Assembly: GCA_963803705.1 (NCBI GenBank)
Contig: CAWDNU010000002.1
Span: 177,980-241,979 of the forward strand
Source of the DNA: an uncultured Pseudobdellovibrionaceae bacterium
GTDB taxonomy: Bacteria > Bdellovibrionota > Bdellovibrionia > Bdellovibrionales > UBA1609
Reading direction: 5' to 3'
DNA: 64,000 nucleotides
The position numbers and the translations under genes are program-made. Shown piece after piece: positions 59,292 through 64,000 of the stretch. The notes below the pieces were generated by a model that made no database searches, was not told where the DNA came from, and saw only the letters and a list, made by a program, of their open reading frames with translations. How positions within the stretch are numbered: position 1 is the first letter of the stretch; each line of letters starts with the position of its first letter.

Positions 59292-60641
59292 ATGAAGTTA
59301 AAAATACTAGCACTTACAGTGACATTTTTGAGCCTTGTGAACTGTGATGACTCAACACTTTCAAGGCCAAATGGGATTTCGTCAGGTCAATTACCAGGTG
59401 AGGCCATAGTTGGTACTGGTGCCCAGGGCACAGGTTCTGGTGGTGGTGGATACGACCAAGAGGCTAAACTAGGTGTTCAACTTGCACAAAAGTTTTTGTC
59501 CAAAGCTATTCGAAACTCCGACAAAATTGTTTTCGAACAATTTCCAGTTGGTTTTAAAAAAGCTGAATTGATTAAGATTGTTGAAAACCTAAAATTTTAT
59601 GACGATTATATTGAAAGAGATGGCGAATCACTTTTACTAAATTACGACTTCGATGAAAAGTAGTTGTTCTACACCAAAAAATTTGTAGACAAATTTGGTC
59701 AGTACAAGTTTACAAGTTCTGACGAAGAAAATCTAAAGAACATTCGTGAGTATTCTTCATTAATCTTACATGAACTTTCTCATTTATTGGGGATTGGTCA
59801 AGCCAAATCTAAAGACCCAATATCTTCATTGTTTTCCCAGCTTCTTTTAAGTCAAATGTTGACTGAAGCTCATATCTGCGAAGGCTTTCATAAATCAGTA
59901 CCATTTTCAATTGCTATAAATCCTCAAACAGAAATGAGCTTTCTATTTGCTAATACTAGGCTTAAGGATTTTATGGGCATACAGCACCAAGAGGTCTTAG
60001 AAAACACCTTGCTAGGTTCTGAGCACTGGATGTTAGGAGACCAGTTTCCTTTTTTCGATCTAAAGGGTGATAACGCAGCAGGTGCTGTCGGATTATCTAT
60101 TTTAGAACAACTTGCACCAGAAATTGGGGTTCAAGATCGATCCGCTTATGACATTATCGAGTTTTTACAAACACTGGAATTAGACGCCCAACCAAAACTA
60201 GTCTTTTGGAGCTTTGAGCAGGGTGTAGCTAGTTATGATTATAGATCAAGCTACCACAATGTTGAAACCAACTTGAATGGCGAAATTTCCCGTGGTGACG
60301 AAAAGATTCAGGAATCAGGCGAAATAGTTTTTAGCAAAAATTTTAAGAACGTGGCCGAGCAATCTTTGCAAGTAAGCGTCACCCACGACGGTGCGGAAAA
60401 TGAAGACCAAAGCGTCTATGTTCAACTTAGCTGTCAAAAATTTGTTAATACTTTTAACTTTAATGACTTTAAAGTTCTAAATGACTCAACACCTATTAAT
60501 TTGCAGCGTGATCTTAACAAGCTTTCTTTGAAAGCAGTGATATCACAAAAGATGAAAATGCAGAACTGTGACAGACCACAAGATGATAATCAAAGAATAT
60601 TTTGTGCCAGTTTCCAAAATGTTCTGGATTCAAATAATTAA
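59292..60641 (+). pseudogene. Lipoprotein with HExxH zincin-like motif, interrupted by an in-frame TAG (59661-59663)
   Basis: AAGGTG RBS, lipobox LVNC, GSGGGG, then LNYDFDEK*LFYTKKF...LILHELSHLLGI in one frame. Confidence 0.75.
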
Positions 60642-60670
60642 AACCTAGATGAATCTTCCACAAGCCCTAA
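60640..60670. repeat. Solo right TIR of the MITE
   Basis: AAAACCTAGATGAATCTTCCACAAGCCCTAA, identical to 11360-11390. Confidence 0.9.
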
Positions 60671-60712
60671 TTTTTTAAAAGTAAGTCCAAAATCTTAAGA
60701 AGTAAAACATGA

Positions 60713-61399
60713 TTATACCTGGTCTTTTACAGTAACAAAATATCCAAAACTATTAGATGTTTTAATTAATAGTCTTGAGCTTTTTATTTTTTTCCTAAGA
60801 TGTGCAATGTGGCTATCAACTGTTCTTTCTGTGATCGACAAATTGTTCCAGACAGATTCCATTATTTGCTGTCTAGAAAACACGCGGTCCATCTTTTGTG
60901 TCAAATAAGACAAAATTTTCATTTCTATCGCAGTCAAGCTAATCTCAATTTTTTTATCTTTTACAACCATAAATACTTTTTGTTTTTGAAAATCTAAAAT
61001 CAAATCTCCTACGTATCTTGTATCTAGTGGTTCTGATATTTTTTTTAGTCGAGCGTTCAGCCGTATTTCCAATTCCAAGGGGTCAAATGGCTTTGCAATA
61101 AAGTCATCAGCACCAAGTGCAAACGCCATCATCTTCTTAGATATATCTTTTTGAGACGAAAGTATGAAAAACGCCGTATTAGAAAAAAAACCGTCTTTTT
61201 TCGAGATTCGCTCAAGTACCCTTAAGCCATCACCATCTTTCAATTGGATGTCTAATAGTACAGCATCGAAGGACTCGCTATCTAAAATCCTATTAGCGGA
61301 TTCTACGCTATCAGTCACTTTAACATTAAAAAATCTTAGGCTTTCGATAACTAAAGTTTGTATCACAAGGTCGTCTTCTATGCATAAAACCGATTTCAT
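60713..61399 (-). CDS. OmpR/PhoB-family response regulator
   Basis: IEDD, LLDIQL.DGDG, GADDFIAKPF, LTAIEMKIL, RTVDSHIAHLRKK. Confidence 0.93.
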   Translation of the reverse strand: MKSVLCIEDDLVIQTLVIESLRFFNVKVTDSVESANRILDSESFDAVLLDIQLKDGDGLRVLERISKKDGFFSNTAFFILSSQKDISKKMMAFALGADDFIAKPFDPLELEIRLNARLKKISEPLDTRYVGDLILDFQKQKVFMVVKDKKIEISLTAIEMKILSYLTQKMDRVFSRQQIMESVWNNLSITERTVDSHIAHLRKKIKSSRLLIKTSNSFGYFVTVKDQV

Positions 61400-61527
61400 A
61401 CTTATGACCTCAACAAAAAAAACGTGTTTGTGAACTAGACCTTTTATGGAAATAACTCCATATTTTTTACATCAAACTGTCATCTTACAGGTCGATCATA
61501 TACTTGAGTCTACAACAAGGAGGACCC

Positions 61528-62046
61528 ATGAACCAAGTAAATTATGACAACTACGACTATGACGACTTCACAGAAATAGAAGACATGCTGACATCAGATA
61601 CACCACTTTACGACATGCTACAGGTGCAGAAACTATTAAGAAAAAAAATATTAAATGAACACAGAAGAATTTTGGTGGTCGAAGACGACCCTGTTTTTGA
61701 ACCTGTATGGGAACACATAATTGCTAGCGTTGATCCCAAAATAGAGTTTTCTTGGGTCTCTACACCAATACAAGCCCAAGAACTGATTCATCGGTCAAAC
61801 GAAGAAGGAAAGCCTTATGACTTAATTATAAGTGATATTTATTTATCTTCTACAATTACTGGAATTGATTTGTGGAACAGGTTTGGTAACGAGAACAACT
61901 TTTTATTGATTTCAAGTATAGATAACTACAAGATTATTGAACAGGCAAAAAATGTTGGTAAAACTCCGCCTCCATATATTCAAAAGCCTTTAAATGAAAA
62001 ACAGTGTGCTTCGGCTGTAAAAAGCCTAATTAACCCAGAGGACTAA
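61528..62046 (+). CDS. Single receiver-domain protein with acidic N-terminal extension
   Basis: GGAGG RBS; ILVVEDD, DLIISDIYL, TGIDL, QKPL. Confidence 0.85.
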   Translation: MNQVNYDNYDYDDFTEIEDMLTSDTPLYDMLQVQKLLRKKILNEHRRILVVEDDPVFEPVWEHIIASVDPKIEFSWVSTPIQAQELIHRSNEEGKPYDLIISDIYLSSTITGIDLWNRFGNENNFLLISSIDNYKIIEQAKNVGKTPPPYIQKPLNEKQCASAVKSLINPED

Positions 62047-62069
62047 ACTTGCGTAAAGCCATAAATAAA

Positions 62070-63938
62070 ATGTCCCTAAAGCTAAGTATCTCAAAGTTGA
62101 GCACAAAGTATATGGTAGTAGTATCAGTGGCTCTGCTTCTGCTGTGCTTGGCTTTAGGGTCTGCCCTGCAAGCCTTTTCACATGTAAAAAAAACTATCTC
62201 TCAGCGGCAGAATTTGACAGAGACAAATAACGTTGTTTACAGTTTGCTAATAGATTTGGGCCAAGAAGACATTTTCATCACTTCTGAAGATGATAAATTT
62301 AAAGAAACCAAGAACCTGTCTATCTACCAGATTTCTAAGATACTTAACTCTTATTCCGAGCAGATCAAGATTGAAGAGCTTTCAGAATTTAATGACCTGG
62401 CTAAGCGTTACGTTGAGTCCAGTTACTTAAAGCGCAGAAAGATAACTTACAGACTACAAGTAGAAGCTAAAAAAATTCTTTCAAAATTAAGAGACAAGAT
62501 AACAGTTTTAACTTCTGAGATCGAAGAGGAAATGCAGTCGATTATCTTGACGATAACATTAATATTGTCTTTTTCTGGTATATTTATGCTTTTTTCAATT
62601 TTTTACAATTTCGTTGAACGAAAAAGTTGGAATCAATTGATTAAAGAAACAACAGCAGCCAAAAGCACTGCTGAAAATCTTCTAAATTTAAAAACACAAT
62701 TTTTAGCCACTGTTAGTCACGAGGTTAGAACACCTCTAAACGGAATTATCGCTACAGCTGAAGTCTTAGATACTAACAAAAGTTTAGATGAAGACGCTAG
62801 ATCGATGTGCTCGATCATTCAAAATTCTGGTAATACCTTACTACGAATTATAAACGATATTTTGGATTATTCGAAAATAGAGAGTGGTAACTTCGATTTT
62901 AACTTTGATAGCTTCAAAATAAAGAATTTGGTTAATGAAGTCGTTATGGCAAATAAGCACCGGGCACTGAAAAAACAAATAGATCTAAAAATTACCTTCA
63001 AGGATTTAAGGTTTGACAGTGTGATAACCGACCGAGACCGGCTGGCGCAAGTTCTTTACAACGTTATCGGAAATGCTATTAAATTTACTGATCACGGATC
63101 AGTAAATTTAATAGTTGAAATTTTGGACATAGATAAAAAGCAATTCTTAAGCCTAAAAGTAAAAGACACAGGGATTGGAATTAGAGACAGTGAATGCGAT
63201 AAAGTTTTCACCCCTTTTATTCAAATACAGTCTCAAGGCACATCTGGTGAGCCAGGATCTGGGTTGGGACTTTCGATCAGTAAAAAAATCGTAGAAAGGT
63301 TAAAAGGCGAGCTGTCTTTTAAGAGCTACTATGGAATAGGCACCGAATTTACAATTCAAATACCTATTCAGAAAGGCAAAGAAAACACAAACGAAATATT
63401 CTCGCAAAATAATTCTAGTTTACAGATTTGGAATAAAATAGATATTCAAGCTGCCAAGGACTTAGCCCAAGCGCCAAAGTTGATCTTCATCGCGGAAGAC
63501 AATCCAACTAATCAAATTGTTATTAGTACTATGCTAAAAAATGAAGACGCAAGGCATATTCTTTTTTCAAATGGGAAAGAGCTACTGGAGGCACTCGACA
63601 CCACTCTTCCAAGGTTCATCCTAATGGATTGTCAAATGCCAGTTATGGATGGCTATGAAGCAACTCAGTTAGTAAAACAGAACTTTCCTAACATACCAAT
63701 AATAGCTATGACCGCAGATGCAACCGAAAAAAATCAGGACTTATGCAAATCTATAAACTTTGATGGGATTATGATAAAACCATTAAGTATTAAGGCCGTG
63801 AATGATTTACTAGTTGAGTATGGTCTTACTACTGCAAAGAATGATATTAGAAACTTAGTAACTGCTAAATCCTCGATTTCTGTTCCACTTACAGGGATTC
63901 CAAAATCAATATCTCGACTTAGACGAAAGGTTTGGTAA
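62070..63938 (+). CDS. Hybrid sensor histidine kinase (2 TM, HisKA, HATPase, receiver)
   Basis: FLATVSHEVRTPLNGI, NVIGNAIKFT, DTGIGI, GSGLGLSI, AEDNPTN, LMDCQMPVMDG; start uncertain; possibly frameshifted before an Hpt domain. Confidence 0.92.
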   Translation: MSLKLSISKLSTKYMVVVSVALLLLCLALGSALQAFSHVKKTISQRQNLTETNNVVYSLLIDLGQEDIFITSEDDKFKETKNLSIYQISKILNSYSEQIKIEELSEFNDLAKRYVESSYLKRRKITYRLQVEAKKILSKLRDKITVLTSEIEEEMQSIILTITLILSFSGIFMLFSIFYNFVERKSWNQLIKETTAAKSTAENLLNLKTQFLATVSHEVRTPLNGIIATAEVLDTNKSLDEDARSMCSIIQNSGNTLLRIINDILDYSKIESGNFDFNFDSFKIKNLVNEVVMANKHRALKKQIDLKITFKDLRFDSVITDRDRLAQVLYNVIGNAIKFTDHGSVNLIVEILDIDKKQFLSLKVKDTGIGIRDSECDKVFTPFIQIQSQGTSGEPGSGLGLSISKKIVERLKGELSFKSYYGIGTEFTIQIPIQKGKENTNEIFSQNNSSLQIWNKIDIQAAKDLAQAPKLIFIAEDNPTNQIVISTMLKNEDARHILFSNGKELLEALDTTLPRFILMDCQMPVMDGYEATQLVKQNFPNIPIIAMTADATEKNQDLCKSINFDGIMIKPLSIKAVNDLLVEYGLTTAKNDIRNLVTAKSSISVPLTGIPKSISRLRRKVW

Positions 63939-64000
63939 AGACAAGCGAATCAAGATTATCAGTGCATTTACTGAACAGATTCAGAATCTTGACTTTGAAC

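Noticed and set aside
57241..59663. Stop-codon reassignment explaining the in-frame TAA and TAG
   Set aside because: TAA, TAG and TGA all terminate conserved genes normally here (e.g. fumC TAA, acnA TAG, orn TGA)
1733..61433. Numerous 60-130 aa ORFs nested in or antisense to confident genes
   Set aside because: Shadow ORFs without RBS or recognisable motifs

Overview
AT-rich bacterial chromosomal segment, most likely from a Bdellovibrionota predator (TIGR02147-type regulator, many orphan secreted proteins, H1-like/SWIB protein). Housekeeping genes include ctaA, an FKBP PPIase, pdxH, nfuA, ETF-QO, acnA, purEK, two dus paralogs, grxC, fumC, bolA, ettA, map, ahcY, orn and rimO. They are interspersed with secreted or surface proteins: two M43 proteases, a 1306-aa vWA/cadherin/PA14 adhesin and several OMPs. 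The most unusual items are: (1) a ~1340-aa signal-peptide protein fusing two ClpB-NBD2-type AAA+ modules to an FtsH-type M41 Zn-protease; (2) orphan exported proteins with ART-like and toxin-like domains that share a short C-x3-L tag; (3) a ~180-bp TA-flanked MITE with several dispersed ends; (4) a displaced, synonymously diverged copy of the orn 3' end bracketing a lipoprotein; (5) tandem PTPS-I/PTPS-III genes; (6) several genes broken by single stops or indels that the ORF track splits or misses. No rRNA, tRNA or CRISPR array was found.
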